Assembly: GCA_035285545.1 (NCBI GenBank)
Contig: JAYKGY010000022.1
Span: 1-64,000 of the forward strand
Direction of reading: 5' to 3'
Source of the DNA: Snowella sp.
GTDB taxonomy: Bacteria; Cyanobacteriota; Cyanobacteriia; Cyanobacteriales; Microcystaceae
DNA: 64,000 nt
Shown: positions 10,778 to 21,043 of the stretch, piece by piece
Position numbering within the stretch: position 1 is the first letter of the stretch
Layout: each line of letters begins with the position of its first letter
Notes under the pieces: model-generated
What the model was told of the DNA's origin: nothing
Seen by the model: the letters and a program-made list of their open reading frames with translations, nothing else
The model's database searches: none
Position numbers and translations under genes: made by a program

Positions 10778-11692
10778 ATGCAGGCGACCCAGACGCTGCC
10801 AACTGTCCCAAAGGAATTTTTGAAACCTGACGGGGGTTTTAATCCGAATGTTTTAATGTTTTTGACGGCGTTATTCTTAATCGCTTGCTCAATTTTGGGA
10901 TATTGGCAATGGGGCTGGCCCGATTGGATTTGTTTTTGCGCCAGTGTATTAGCATTACATCTGTCAGGCACCGTCATCCATGATGCGTCCCATAATGCCG
11001 CCCACAGTAATCGTATTTTGAATGCTGTGATGGGTCACGGCAGTGCGTTAATGTTGGGGTTTGCCTTTCCAGTTTTTACCAGAGTTCATCTCCAACACCA
11101 TGCCCATGTCAATGATCCCGAAAATGATCCCGATCATTTTGTGTCAACGGGTGGCCCCTTGCTCTTAATTGCGGCTCGTTTTTTTTATCACGAAATTTAC
11201 TTTTTCCAACGCAAACTCTGGCGTAAATATGAGTTATTAGAATGGTTTTTAAGCCGCCTTTTTCTTTTAACTATCGTATTTTTAGGCATCCACTTTGGTT
11301 TTATTGGTTTTGTGATGAATTTTTGGTTTGTGCCTGCCCTAGTGGTCGGAGTCGCATTGGGTTTATTTTTTGATTATTTACCCCACCGGCCTTTCCAAGA
11401 ACGGAATCGTTGGAAAAATGCGAGGGTATATCCTAGTCCCATTTTAAATTTGATGATTTTTGGGCAAAACTATCACCTGATTCATCATTTATGGCCCTCG
11501 ATTCCCTGGTATCAATATCAGCCTGCTTATCGTGCGACGAAGCCCTTATTAGACCATAAAGGCTGCGATCAATCCCTGGGATTATTAGAAGGTAAAAATT
11601 TCTGGAGTTTTCTCTATGATGTGTTTCTCGGTATTCGCTTCCATTCTTCCCATTCTGCTAAAAAAGTGAAGCCAGAATCCGATCCGTCTTAG
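10778..11692 (+). CDS. crtR: Beta-carotene hydroxylase
   Basis: His boxes HDASH, HLQHH and HLIHH. MQATQ..TVPKEFL N-terminus, likely start ATG 10778. Confidence 0.93.
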   Translation: MQATQTLPTVPKEFLKPDGGFNPNVLMFLTALFLIACSILGYWQWGWPDWICFCASVLALHLSGTVIHDASHNAAHSNRILNAVMGHGSALMLGFAFPVFTRVHLQHHAHVNDPENDPDHFVSTGGPLLLIAARFFYHEIYFFQRKLWRKYELLEWFLSRLFLLTIVFLGIHFGFIGFVMNFWFVPALVVGVALGLFFDYLPHRPFQERNRWKNARVYPSPILNLMIFGQNYHLIHHLWPSIPWYQYQPAYRATKPLLDHKGCDQSLGLLEGKNFWSFLYDVFLGIRFHSSHSAKKVKPESDPS

Positions 11693-11929
11693 GGCTTATC
11701 AAAAATTTTTATTTCTAGCTAATTGAAGCATCAACAAATTGAATAATAGATAACAGCAATTGCCCTAATTAATCGCTTTTAGAATAGCCGCGATCGCTGA
11801 AGAGATTACCGCTAGTTAAATTACAAATCATCTCATAGTTAATCAACTCTACGATTTCCCACTTTAAATCAAACACTTAAAGACTAGGGTGAGGGGAAAG
11901 CGAGGCTAACTTAAGCCCAGGAGTAGATT

Positions 11930-12298
11930 ATGAATAGCGGTCAATGCAACTTTCAAGATAGTCAACACCCATTTAATCTTGGCGATACAGTCGAAGGAAT
12001 TATGACCCCAGGCACCGAAATTCCCCAAGCCCCCGATCACCCTGACCCCCTTGGTACGACAACCCAATACCTTTCCTTTAAAGCCGTTATTGTCAGAAAT
12101 GATAGCGAAATTGTTTTTCGTGTGACTGAAGTTGATGATTCCGATGATCACCAAATTGAACAGGTCAGAGAGCGGGGGATGCAAGTCATTGAAGTGGGGC
12201 AAATCTTCTCAATTTATGAGTTAACGGGTTGGGATATTCATGTTATTGAAAAAACTCAGCCAGACAATCAACTATCTGCTGTTAAGATTGCCTGCTAA
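11930..12298 (+). CDS. Hypothetical protein
   Basis: 122-aa ORF with AGGAG RBS. No family recognised. Confidence 0.6.
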   Translation: MNSGQCNFQDSQHPFNLGDTVEGIMTPGTEIPQAPDHPDPLGTTTQYLSFKAVIVRNDSEIVFRVTEVDDSDDHQIEQVRERGMQVIEVGQIFSIYELTGWDIHVIEKTQPDNQLSAVKIAC

Positions 12299-12406
12299 CC
12301 TTTCATCCTAAAGAGGAGCCAGGAAAGTTTTTTCTCGAATAATACCAAGCAATTCTTTTAGATAAAATTTCTTCCTTAAATTAAGAAATGGTGGGTGAGA
12401 GCTAAG

Positions 12407-13468
12407 TTAATTTTGTAAAAACTTCGTTAAATCTTCTAATTTTTCCCACGCTAAACCGCTATTTAAAATATCTTTCGCCATTATAATACCTTGTCGATGA
12501 TCGCCCCAAGCAACCGCTTCACCGACTTGTAACGCCAAAGACGCATTCAGGGCAACGGCTTCAACCTGGGCTAATGTCCCCTTGCCTTGTAGAACTGCGG
12601 TAAGAATTTCCACATTTTCTGCCACTTCTCCCCCTTTTAACTCAGTAAGAGGAGCAGGGGTTAAGCCTAATTCTGTGGGGGTTAAAGTGCTTAGTGTAAC
12701 CTGTTGATCCTGCAACACAGCAATATCCGTAATATCTCCCAAACCAGCTTCATCTAAGCGTTCTCGACCATACACGATAATCGCTTTAGATTTATCTAAA
12801 ATTTGTAAAGCTTCCGCGATCGCCGTTAAAAACTTGGCATCGTAAACTCCAATAACTTGGCCGGTGGGTTGCAAAGGATTCACCAAAGGCCCTAATAGAT
12901 TAAAAACAGTTCTAACACTTAAAGTTTTTCGTAATGCAGCGACACTTTTTAACGCAGGATGCCAGCCAGGGGCAAATAGAAAGGTAATTCCCACTTCTTC
13001 AACTGCCGCTTCGACTTTCTCGATGGGAGCCGTTAAGTTAACGCCCAAGGCTTCTAGAACATCCGCAGACCCCACCTTACTAGAGGCAGACCGATTCCCA
13101 TGTTTTGCCACTTTTACTCCCGCAGCAGCCACCACAAAAGCAACGGCAGTAGAAATATTGAAAGTTGATGAGCCATCCCCTCCTGTCCCGCAGGTATCAA
13201 CTAGGGGAACAGCATGATTAATCGTTTTTTGCTGGAGAGATTGCGCTTGTAACACCTGAGCCATCCCTGCTAACTCTTCGGCAGATACCCCTTTCGCTTG
13301 GATTGCCGCTAAAATTGCCCCAGAAAGGACAGGGGGAATAGCTTCTTGGAGCCAACCTTGCATTAATTGGGAAGCTTGGGTTTGGGATAAAGAATGGCGA
13401 TCCAATAGTTGCTGTAACAGTTCGGGCCAGTGGGGGAATTGTGCGTCCTTCACGATGTCGTTACTCAT
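12407..13468 (-). CDS. trpD: Anthranilate phosphoribosyltransferase
   Basis: [44 protein letters not shown]. Confidence 0.97.
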   Translation of the reverse strand: MSNDIVKDAQFPHWPELLQQLLDRHSLSQTQASQLMQGWLQEAIPPVLSGAILAAIQAKGVSAEELAGMAQVLQAQSLQQKTINHAVPLVDTCGTGGDGSSTFNISTAVAFVVAAAGVKVAKHGNRSASSKVGSADVLEALGVNLTAPIEKVEAAVEEVGITFLFAPGWHPALKSVAALRKTLSVRTVFNLLGPLVNPLQPTGQVIGVYDAKFLTAIAEALQILDKSKAIIVYGRERLDEAGLGDITDIAVLQDQQVTLSTLTPTELGLTPAPLTELKGGEVAENVEILTAVLQGKGTLAQVEAVALNASLALQVGEAVAWGDHRQGIIMAKDILNSGLAWEKLEDLTKFLQN

Positions 13469-13494
13469 TAAAATCCTGCTTATTGATGATAAGG

Positions 13495-14472
13495 CTATTT
13501 CATCCCCAAACTGGCGATCGCGAGGTCAACATTTTGGCGAACCGACTGAGCAGATAGATGTAACGCCGCTTTTTCGGAGTCTGTTAATTGGACTTCTAAA
13601 ATGCTTTCGACCCCTTGGCACCCTAAACGACAGGGAACCCCGATAAAAATATCTTTTAGACCATATTCGCCTTGGAGATAGGCAGCAGCAGGTAACAGGC
13701 GAGACTGATTGCGTAAAATGGCTTCAATCATCACACAAGCTGAAGATGCAGGGGCGTAATAGGCTCCTCCTGTTTGCAGAAGTTTGACAATTTCGGCTCC
13801 CCCGTTACGAGTCCGCTCAACCAATTGGTCAATGGTGGCGGAGTCTAACAATTCCGTGATGGGAACCCCTCTAACGGTACAGTAGCGGGGCAACGGTAAC
13901 ATTAAATCGCCATGTCCCCCTAATACTAGAGTGCTGATATCAGCAGGCGAAACCCCTAACTGCATAGCAATAAACAATTGCAAACGGGACGCATCCAGAA
14001 CCCCTGCCATGCCCATGACTCGTTGAGGCGATAGGCCGGTAACTTGCCAAGTTAAATAGGTCATTACATCTAGGGGATTGGTGATAACAATAAAAGTGGC
14101 ATTAGGAGAGTATTTTAAGGTATTTTGGGCAGCTTCGACGACAATTTTGGCGTTAATCGCTAATAAATCATCCCGACTCATCCCCGGTTTCCGGGCCAGT
14201 CCTGCGGTAATGACGACAATGTTCGATCCGGCGGTTTCTTCGTAGTTATTCGTCCCGACAATTTGGCTATTGTGGAGTTCAATTCCCTGGGCGGCCATTA
14301 AATCTAGGGCAATTCCCTGGGGTAAGCCGGACACAATATCGAGCAAAACCACATTGGCAATATCTTTTTCCACAATTCGCTGGGCTAAGGTTCGCCCCAC
14401 ATTACCAGCTCCGATGATGGAAACTTGACAGGATTGACAGGCGATCGCGGGAGGAGTAAGAGCATTCATCAC
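13495..14472 (-). CDS. mdh: Malate dehydrogenase (LDH-like)
   Basis: [45 protein letters not shown]. Confidence 0.95.
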   Translation of the reverse strand: MMNALTPPAIACQSCQVSIIGAGNVGRTLAQRIVEKDIANVVLLDIVSGLPQGIALDLMAAQGIELHNSQIVGTNNYEETAGSNIVVITAGLARKPGMSRDDLLAINAKIVVEAAQNTLKYSPNATFIVITNPLDVMTYLTWQVTGLSPQRVMGMAGVLDASRLQLFIAMQLGVSPADISTLVLGGHGDLMLPLPRYCTVRGVPITELLDSATIDQLVERTRNGGAEIVKLLQTGGAYYAPASSACVMIEAILRNQSRLLPAAAYLQGEYGLKDIFIGVPCRLGCQGVESILEVQLTDSEKAALHLSAQSVRQNVDLAIASLGMK

Positions 14473-14693
14473 TAATCAACCACTTGTAACTGATCCAAAC
14501 GTAACCAAACCGCCGGCGTGGGAACATGGAAGCGGAGTAAGGCGTATTCATCTTTGATGTCCATCACTTCCCCTTTACTGTCGAATAAATAACTGGGAAA
14601 ACGGCGATCGCTGGCTTGGGATTCCAAACTCGTATCCAATTTTTCACGGACGACCGTAACAAAGGAACCTTTTTTAATACTTGCTGCTGCCAT
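14472..14693 (-). CDS. ndhO: NDH-1 subunit O
   Basis: IKKG..V...REKL..SLE.QASD.RFPSYLF...GEV......YAL.RF.VPTP.VWLRLDQL. Confidence 0.93.
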   Translation of the reverse strand: MAAASIKKGSFVTVVREKLDTSLESQASDRRFPSYLFDSKGEVMDIKDEYALLRFHVPTPAVWLRLDQLQVVD

Positions 14694-14789
14694 AACTTAC
14701 GCTGATTTAATTTTTGAATGATTCTCAATTAATTGTGGCATAGAGTAAAAATTTTGTAATTCTTATTTTTTGTGGCTCTTTTCCTGACT

Positions 14790-14863
14790 CATTCCCCACG
14801 TTTTCCCCAGATTTCTAAACTACTGAGTAGGTTTTTCCCCAGGCAATCCCCAGTTTTCCCCAG
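14790..14863 (+). repeat. Cluster of phased TTTTCCCCAG direct repeats (DnaA-box-like)
   Basis: TTTTCCCCAG at 14801, 14833 and 14854, plus degenerate copies at 14790 and 14845. Confidence 0.6.
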
Positions 14864-15210
14864 TACAAAATGGAGTAATTTGAGTTTATCTCTAGGGATG
14901 GGGTCGCGCTTAGCCGGTTAGACCCTAGTGGTAGTAGCCTCCTATTTTTTCCGATTTAGGATTGGGGAATCTTTGGCGCAAGGCCGTTTTCCTGAATAAA
15001 TACTGAGTTAATGTTAACTTGTGTAACAAAAAAGAGGCTCAAAGCCTTATTTTCTCGTAAACATAAAATTTTTCTATGGACTACCGTAACATTTCGTAGC
15101 ATTGACAAGCGACCTAACTTCCCGCTAAAAATAATGGGCACACCTTACACACCGGATCGCTCAATGGTTAACTTGGCAAGGAAAAAAGAAGCGAGAAGGA
15201 TGGTTTTGTC

Positions 15211-15450
15211 TTGAACGAGGTTTCTATGACTACTTCAGTTAGTATTTTTGCCGAAATACCAGAAGATTTACACGAAAGCTTAACAAAATATTTGGAAAGT
15301 CATCCCAACTGGGATTTAGACCGAGTATTTGCTGCCTCACTGTCCCTATTTTTGTTACAAAATGAAGGAAGCTATGGAGGGCAAAATTCTAGAAATTATC
15401 GTGCCTGCTCGCGAGTTTATCTAGAAACCCTATTCCAAAGACCCGATTAA
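15211..15450 (+). CDS. DUF2811 family protein
   Basis: VSIFAEIPEDLHESL..YLE.HPNWD.DRVF.A.LSLFLLQN...R.YLETLF. The ATG of MTTSVS lies a few codons into the ORF. Confidence 0.85.
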   Translation: MNEVSMTTSVSIFAEIPEDLHESLTKYLESHPNWDLDRVFAASLSLFLLQNEGSYGGQNSRNYRACSRVYLETLFQRPD

Positions 15451-15473
15451 TTTTATTCCTGCCGTTTTAATGG

Positions 15474-16085
15474 ATGTCCGCAGAAATTGTTAAAAATTTA
15501 ATTATTCCGCGATTAATTGTGGGGTTAGGCAATCCTGAAGCCAAATACAACAAGACCCGCCATAATATTGGTTTTGAAGTGGTTGACGCGATCGCCGATG
15601 CCTGGCAATTTAACCTACAGGAAAACAAACGCTTTCAGGGATTCTTTACTGAAGGCAGCGTTTTAGGTCACAAAGTGGGCTTACTCAAACCCACAACCTA
15701 TATGAATCGCTCCGGTCAAGCGGTTCGCGCTGTGATGGATTGGTATAAGTTGACCCCTGACTCTTTGCTCGTCATTTACGATGACATGGACTTGGAACTG
15801 GGACGGCTACGATTGCGGCTCTCTGGTTCAGCGGGTGGTCACAATGGCATGAAATCAATTATTAGCCATTTAAATAGCCAAAACTTTCCCCGTCTCCGCT
15901 TAGGGATTGGACGCTCTAAAGGAGATACAGAAACCGTTTCCCATGTTTTAGGCAAATTCTCACCAGAAGAAAATCCCATTGTCGAAAAAAGCCTCAGCCT
16001 AGCCGTTGACTCTGTAGAAATGGCCCTCAAAAGCGGGGTTGAAAAAGCCATGAGTTTATTCAATGGCCGCACCGTCAACAGTTAG
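15474..16085 (+). CDS. pth: Peptidyl-tRNA hydrolase
   Basis: LIVGLGNP...TRHNIGF, KPTTYMNRSG, GSAGGHNG. Confidence 0.97.
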   Translation: MSAEIVKNLIIPRLIVGLGNPEAKYNKTRHNIGFEVVDAIADAWQFNLQENKRFQGFFTEGSVLGHKVGLLKPTTYMNRSGQAVRAVMDWYKLTPDSLLVIYDDMDLELGRLRLRLSGSAGGHNGMKSIISHLNSQNFPRLRLGIGRSKGDTETVSHVLGKFSPEENPIVEKSLSLAVDSVEMALKSGVEKAMSLFNGRTVNS

Positions 16086-16145
16086 GTTAAAATAGAGGAT
16101 TGTCATGTTACATAACCCGTTAATAGATTTCGTTGGAGGGGTCAT

Positions 16146-16457
16146 TTGGAGACAAAATTTATTCTTAAGGTACTTTGGTTAGATCAAAATGTGGCGATCG
16201 CCGTCGATCAGATCGTCGGAAAAGGAACTAGTCCTTTAACGGCTTATTTCTTCTGGCCGAGAAATGATGCTTGGCAGCAACTCAAAGATGAATTAGAAGC
16301 TAAACACTGGATTTCCGAGAATGATCGCATTGATATTCTCAACCAGGCAACCGAAGTTATTAACTATTGGCAAGACCTGAAAAATCAAAATAAACTGGTT
16401 CCAATGGCAGAAGCCCAAAGCAAATTTCAAGACGTTGTTTTTAGTGGCAGCAATTAA
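16146..16457 (+). CDS. ycf65: 30S ribosomal protein PSRP-3 (Ycf65)
   Basis: [17 protein letters not shown]......[14 protein letters not shown]. Confidence 0.93.
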   Translation: METKFILKVLWLDQNVAIAVDQIVGKGTSPLTAYFFWPRNDAWQQLKDELEAKHWISENDRIDILNQATEVINYWQDLKNQNKLVPMAEAQSKFQDVVFSGSN

Positions 16458-16496
16458 AAAGCTTTATTTTGATCATCGTAATTATATTAAGCAATT

Positions 16497-16525
16497 AAGG
16501 GCAGGAAAAGATTCTGTCCTTTTTT
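16497..16525 (+). terminator. Rho-independent terminator after pth-ycf65
   Basis: AAGGGCAGGA-AAAGA-TTCTGTCCTT hairpin followed by a T-run. Confidence 0.7.
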
Positions 16526-16607
16526 ATAATAAATTTTTAGTAAATTGATTAAAACTTGTAACTTTGTTTCCATAATCATTGCTAACTCAAAGGATTTAAC
16601 CGTGTTC

Positions 16608-16690
16608 ATTGGTGTCAACTTAAAGCAATGGATACTATTATGTCCTTAGCCATAGAAGCTGATTTTACTTTTAATTAAGTTGACTTACTT
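16608..16690. repeat. Short inverted-repeat (MITE-like) element
   Basis: GTCAACTTAA (16614-16623) and TTAAGTTGAC (16675-16684) form a perfect 10-bp IR. A half copy GCTTAAGTTGACA occurs near 40113. Confidence 0.5.
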
Positions 16691-16787
16691 AATCAAGTTT
16701 TTGAAAAAAATATTAACATTCATTCTTTAGTAGCCTTAAACCGAATATGATTGGTTGATTATCGAAACTGAATACTAATGGGGGGTA

Positions 16788-17912
16788 ATGCATACGATGA
16801 ACACCGCAGTAATGCTTGATATTGGCATCGGATTAGTTATTGTCTATATTGCTGGTGCGCTATTAGTCTCAGGTATTCAAGAACTACTTGCCTCTCTTTT
16901 AAGATGGCGGGCTAAGGACTTAAAAGAAGCTATCTTGCAAATGATGTTAAATTATAATGCGACCAATTCAGATGACCCTGAGCAAATAGACGACTTAAAG
17001 AAAGCTCAAGAACTGAGACAAGCAATTTATAATAATGCCTTAGTCCAGAGCTTGAATCATACGTCAGTGACCTTTTTAGTACAAAAAAGTCATAAAGATG
17101 GAACCAGCTTACAAGATAAATATAAAAAGCTTTTTGCCCATGCCGACCCTAGTTATCTTCCCTCCACAACCTTCGCTACCGTTTTAATTCAGCAGTTACA
17201 AGGGGATCTCGCAAGGATGCTAACCGATCCAGAAAAATCGAAAACTTCCGATTCTATTTATGCCATTCAATCCTCGATTAAAAATTCTGATAAAATCCCT
17301 AATTCTCTTAAAGAAACCCTAATTTCTTTGACCGATAGAATTGCTTTAAAAACGGATCAAGCTGATAATAAATTACTATTATTTCAACAAGAAATCGAAG
17401 CCTGGTTTGATCGATCAATGCAAAGGGCTTCGGGAGTTTATAAACGAAATACTCAACTTTTGTGTTTTAGTTTAGGTTTTTTAGTCACGATTTTATTTAA
17501 TTTAGATTCTATTTATATTGCAGAAAGACTGTCCTACGATACGGCAATGCGGACAACCTTAGCGGGGGGAGCCGAAACCATTATTCAAAATTCACAGCAA
17601 TCTAATGGAAATTCTGCTAATACCGCGACTCCAAGCTTAAATCAGGAAAAATTAGCCGCGAATATCAATGCCATTGTGGGTAATACGCCGATGATTGCTC
17701 CGATCACAGAAAATGCAGGTAATTTAGTTGATTGTCCTAATAACAATTTAAATTGCCCGATTTATGCAGGTTCTCCCAATTTCGGAAAGTCCTTATCGGC
17801 TTTATTAGGATGGCTCATTACAGCGATGGCAATTTATATGGGAGCACCTTTCTGGTTTGACGTGCTGGGTAAATTTGTCAATGTTCGTTCGACGGGGGGC
17901 AAGTCCAAGTAA
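16788..17912 (+). CDS. Hypothetical membrane protein (N-terminal TM; C-terminal GW..TA.A...GAPFWFD.L.K..N.R motif)
   Basis: 374-aa ORF with 3-4 hydrophobic segments. The C-terminal motif is familiar from uncharacterised cyanobacterial proteins. Confidence 0.8.
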   Translation: MHTMNTAVMLDIGIGLVIVYIAGALLVSGIQELLASLLRWRAKDLKEAILQMMLNYNATNSDDPEQIDDLKKAQELRQAIYNNALVQSLNHTSVTFLVQKSHKDGTSLQDKYKKLFAHADPSYLPSTTFATVLIQQLQGDLARMLTDPEKSKTSDSIYAIQSSIKNSDKIPNSLKETLISLTDRIALKTDQADNKLLLFQQEIEAWFDRSMQRASGVYKRNTQLLCFSLGFLVTILFNLDSIYIAERLSYDTAMRTTLAGGAETIIQNSQQSNGNSANTATPSLNQEKLAANINAIVGNTPMIAPITENAGNLVDCPNNNLNCPIYAGSPNFGKSLSALLGWLITAMAIYMGAPFWFDVLGKFVNVRSTGGKSK

Positions 17913-18108
17913 ATGAAGAAAGTTAGATTTAATGAGGATTTTTATGAAATAATTGATATTAAGCTCTTCTAAACCCATAGATTTAAGTATTTATACTTGT
18001 TTTGTCTCGGATTCCGTTGGTGATGTTTCTCAGTGAGTTTTTATTAACGAAGAATGTTAATCCATGTCTTAGATTCCGAGTCTGATGCCCAATCCCTGGG
18101 AACGACAG

Positions 18109-18149
18109 TGGTATAATTGGAAGGGTTAAAATTTGTAACATTTCTTAAC
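18109..18149 (+). promoter_or_regulatory. Extended -10 promoter with downstream HLR1 (RpaB)-like site
   Basis: TGnTATAAT at 18109-18117. On the minus strand, 18132-18149 reads GTTAAGAA-AT-GTTACAAA. Confidence 0.55.
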
Positions 18150-18290
18150 CTTGTCTGTCGTCGATATGCGATGTTTAACTTCTCTCTCTGGGAGAATGAA
18201 AAAATTTAATCGGTGTTGGCCCTCGTTTAATTGGTTTCTACGTGCTTGTGAGTAGCGTGAAACAACTATCAGAAAACTCTTGACTCTTTT

Positions 18291-19019
18291 ATGGTTTCTT
18301 CCTTACAGCAACAGCGAGCGATTATCACAGGGGCCAGTAGTGGTATTGGCAAAGCAACTGCTCTCAAGTTTGCGGAAGCTGGCTGTAATCTGGTTCTAGT
18401 CGCCCGTTCTTCTGAGAAATTAACGTTGGTTGCGGAGGAAGTGTCTGCTTTTGGGGTAGAAGCCAAAATTTATCCCCTTGACTTATCGCAAGTTGCGGAG
18501 GTTCAGTCGCGTTTTGAGGCGATCGCCCAAGACTCTGGCCCCATCGATTTTTTAATCAATAATGCGGGCATGGGATATACCAATCTACTCAGGGATACGT
18601 CGATTACGGATTGGCAACAGGTGTTAGACCTCAATTTAACCAGCATTTTTCAAGCGACGATGGGGGTGTTACCTTCGATGCGTGATCGCAAACAAGGAAC
18701 TATCATTCATATCGCCTCTATTGCTGCAAACATCGCTTTTCCTAACTGGGGAGCCTATTGTGTGAGCAAGGCCGCGCTTGTCACCTTTGCTAAAGTCTTA
18801 GCGATCGAGGAAAGAGAAAACGGGATTCGGGTGATGACCATTTCCCCTGGATCGGTTAATACGCCTATTTGGGACACGGACACTGTTCAAGCAGACTTTG
18901 ACCGTGCCTTAATGTTGACCCCAGACATTGTTGCCCAGACGATCCTCCAAGCGGCCCTTCTCCCCCTAGAAGTCGTTATTGATGAAATGACGATTATTTC
19001 TAATGCGGGAACTCTATAA
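18291..19019 (+). CDS. SDR-family oxidoreductase (upstream of folE)
   Basis: TGASSGIG, INNAG and YCVSK catalytic motif. Confidence 0.9.
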   Translation: MVSSLQQQRAIITGASSGIGKATALKFAEAGCNLVLVARSSEKLTLVAEEVSAFGVEAKIYPLDLSQVAEVQSRFEAIAQDSGPIDFLINNAGMGYTNLLRDTSITDWQQVLDLNLTSIFQATMGVLPSMRDRKQGTIIHIASIAANIAFPNWGAYCVSKAALVTFAKVLAIEERENGIRVMTISPGSVNTPIWDTDTVQADFDRALMLTPDIVAQTILQAALLPLEVVIDEMTIISNAGTL

Positions 19020-19050
19020 ATTTAAACCTAAGTATCGAACTTCTTAAATT

Positions 19051-19770
19051 ATGACAATTGCCTCTACTTCCAATTTCGACTCTTCCACTAACGGCAAAGA
19101 AATTTCCACTTCTCAGTTTTCAGAGCGCGTTCTAACCCGTCCTGATCGCAATACCCACGATGGTCAAGTGGCTCAAGTTCACCCCGAAGCGATCGAAATC
19201 AGCAAAGAAAAAATGATGGATTCTGTCCGCTCCATCCTAGAAGCCGTGGGAGAAGATCCAGAACGGGAAGGACTCTTGAAAACGCCTAAACGAGTCGCTG
19301 AGGCAATGCAGTTTTTGACCCAGGGCTATAATCAATCCTTAGAAAAATTGGTTAATGGAGCCATTTTTGACGAAGGCCATAATGAAATGGTCTTAGTCCG
19401 AGATATTGACTTTTTTAGCCTCTGTGAACACCACATGTTACCCTTTATGGGCAGAGCGCACGTTGCCTATATTCCCAATCAAAAAGTGGTTGGTTTAAGC
19501 AAATTAGCCCGAATTGTGGAAATGTATTCACGACGGTTACAAGTCCAAGAGCGTTTAACCCGACAAATTGCAGAAGCGATTCAAGAAATCCTTGAGCCTC
19601 AAGGTGTGGCTGTGGTGATGGAAGCAACCCACATGTGTATGGTAATGCGGGGAGTACAAAAACCAGGTTCTTGGACGGTCACAAGTGCCATGATTGGATC
19701 TTTCCAAGATGAACAAAAAACTCGCGAAGAATTTTTAAATCTGATCCGCCATCAACCGAATTTTTTCTAG
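19051..19770 (+). CDS. folE: GTP cyclohydrolase I
   Basis: [46 protein letters not shown]. Confidence 0.97.
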   Translation: MTIASTSNFDSSTNGKEISTSQFSERVLTRPDRNTHDGQVAQVHPEAIEISKEKMMDSVRSILEAVGEDPEREGLLKTPKRVAEAMQFLTQGYNQSLEKLVNGAIFDEGHNEMVLVRDIDFFSLCEHHMLPFMGRAHVAYIPNQKVVGLSKLARIVEMYSRRLQVQERLTRQIAEAIQEILEPQGVAVVMEATHMCMVMRGVQKPGSWTVTSAMIGSFQDEQKTREEFLNLIRHQPNFF

Positions 19771-19790
19771 ATTAAATTTATAAAATGATG

Positions 19791-19831
19791 AAAAAATCCC
19801 GATTTCTAAAGTTCTAGAGATCGGGTTTCTT
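19791..19831. terminator. Bidirectional terminator between convergent folE and ndk
   Basis: CCCGATTTCTA-AAGTTC-TAGAGATCGGG hairpin with A-run on the left and T-rich sequence on the right. Confidence 0.65.
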
Positions 19832-19866
19832 GTTGAGTTAAATGCTTAGATTATTTCAATTGTCGA

Positions 19867-20316
19867 TTATTCGTAAAGCCAAGCGGTTGTGGTACGTTCC
19901 CAATCAACTAACTCTTCTTTGTTAAACCAGAGGCTAATTTCGTGCTGAGCAGTTTCGATCGCGTCTGAACCATGAATCAGATTACGACCAATGCTAACGC
20001 CAAAATCTCCCCGAATCGTTCCTGGGGCAGCCGTTAAAGGATTCGTTGCACCAATTAAGTTTCTAGCAGCCGCAACCACGCCATCGCCTTCCCAAACCAT
20101 CGCTACCACGGGTGAAGAACAAATAAATTCAACTAAACTGCCAAAAAAGGGTCTTTCTTTATGAACGCCGTAGTGTTTTTCAGCTAAATCTTTAGAAACG
20201 GAGACTAATTTCAATCCAACCAGTTTAAATCCTTTGGTTTCAAAGCGACGAATAACTTCCCCAACGAGATTGCGTTGTACGCCGTCGGGTTTAACCATGA
20301 TAAATGTGCGTTCCAT
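19867..20316 (-). CDS. ndk: Nucleoside diphosphate kinase
   Basis: [31 protein letters not shown]. Confidence 0.98.
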   Translation of the reverse strand: MERTFIMVKPDGVQRNLVGEVIRRFETKGFKLVGLKLVSVSKDLAEKHYGVHKERPFFGSLVEFICSSPVVAMVWEGDGVVAAARNLIGATNPLTAAPGTIRGDFGVSIGRNLIHGSDAIETAQHEISLWFNKEELVDWERTTTAWLYE

Positions 20317-20399
20317 TGTGCCTCTTAAGTGTGATCGTTACAATTTGTCACAAGCCTAAGTTCCTATTTTACAGGTATTGATCCCCCAGATTTTTGGGT

Positions 20400-20978
20400 T
20401 TACCAATAGGTTTGATAAAACTGGAGCCGTCCTACCCCTAAATACATCGGAGCCGCGATCGAGCCATCAGGCACAGCCGTTACTCCGAATAAATAAATCC
20501 CACTTACCGAAGGATTACGATAGGGTTTCAGTCCAACCGTCACCGTTGTACCAGGGGGAACAGGTGGATCAAAGATCACAGTCATGGTGTTATTGTCAGG
20601 ATTCCATTGGCTAGATTGCAGCGTTAAGGCATTGCCCCGATTGTCACGACTGCCAACGAAAGCCACGGTTTGATCGGGATAAAAATCTAACATCTCTGGA
20701 CTGGGTTTTTGTTGAATCACTAATTGTTTAAGCGGTTCTCCCGCATCGGCAGGTAAGGAAACCGTGAAATAATACTTAGCGGCCCAAACCCAAATTTCCT
20801 TATAAGTGGTCGAAGCCTCCAAAAGTAATGGTGTCTTATCAAAAAAAGTTTGCCCATTGGCTAATTGGCCCGCAAAAGAAGGCGATGACAAACCTTGTGT
20901 TGTTAATAAACCACTGATTAGGAGAAATTCCCAAGATGGTAGTGATTTAAGCATTGTCTCCTCCTGCGGGGATATCAA
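20400..20978 (-). CDS. DUF2808 family exported protein
   Basis: YYFTV.LP..AGEPL....I.Q, FDPPV.PG......LKP.RNP...GIYLFGVTA. The start may be ATG 20954. Confidence 0.85.
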   Translation of the reverse strand: MISPQEETMLKSLPSWEFLLISGLLTTQGLSSPSFAGQLANGQTFFDKTPLLLEASTTYKEIWVWAAKYYFTVSLPADAGEPLKQLVIQQKPSPEMLDFYPDQTVAFVGSRDNRGNALTLQSSQWNPDNNTMTVIFDPPVPPGTTVTVGLKPYRNPSVSGIYLFGVTAVPDGSIAAPMYLGVGRLQFYQTYW

Positions 20979-21043
20979 ATATTTAGATTGAAACCGTCAG
21001 CGATCGCCGTTAATTTTTTATAAATCTCAACAGCGATACAACA

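Noticed and set aside
15086..15099. GTAACATTTCGTAG near-NtcA box
   Set aside because: Mismatch in the TAC half-site and no convincing -10 at the right spacing.
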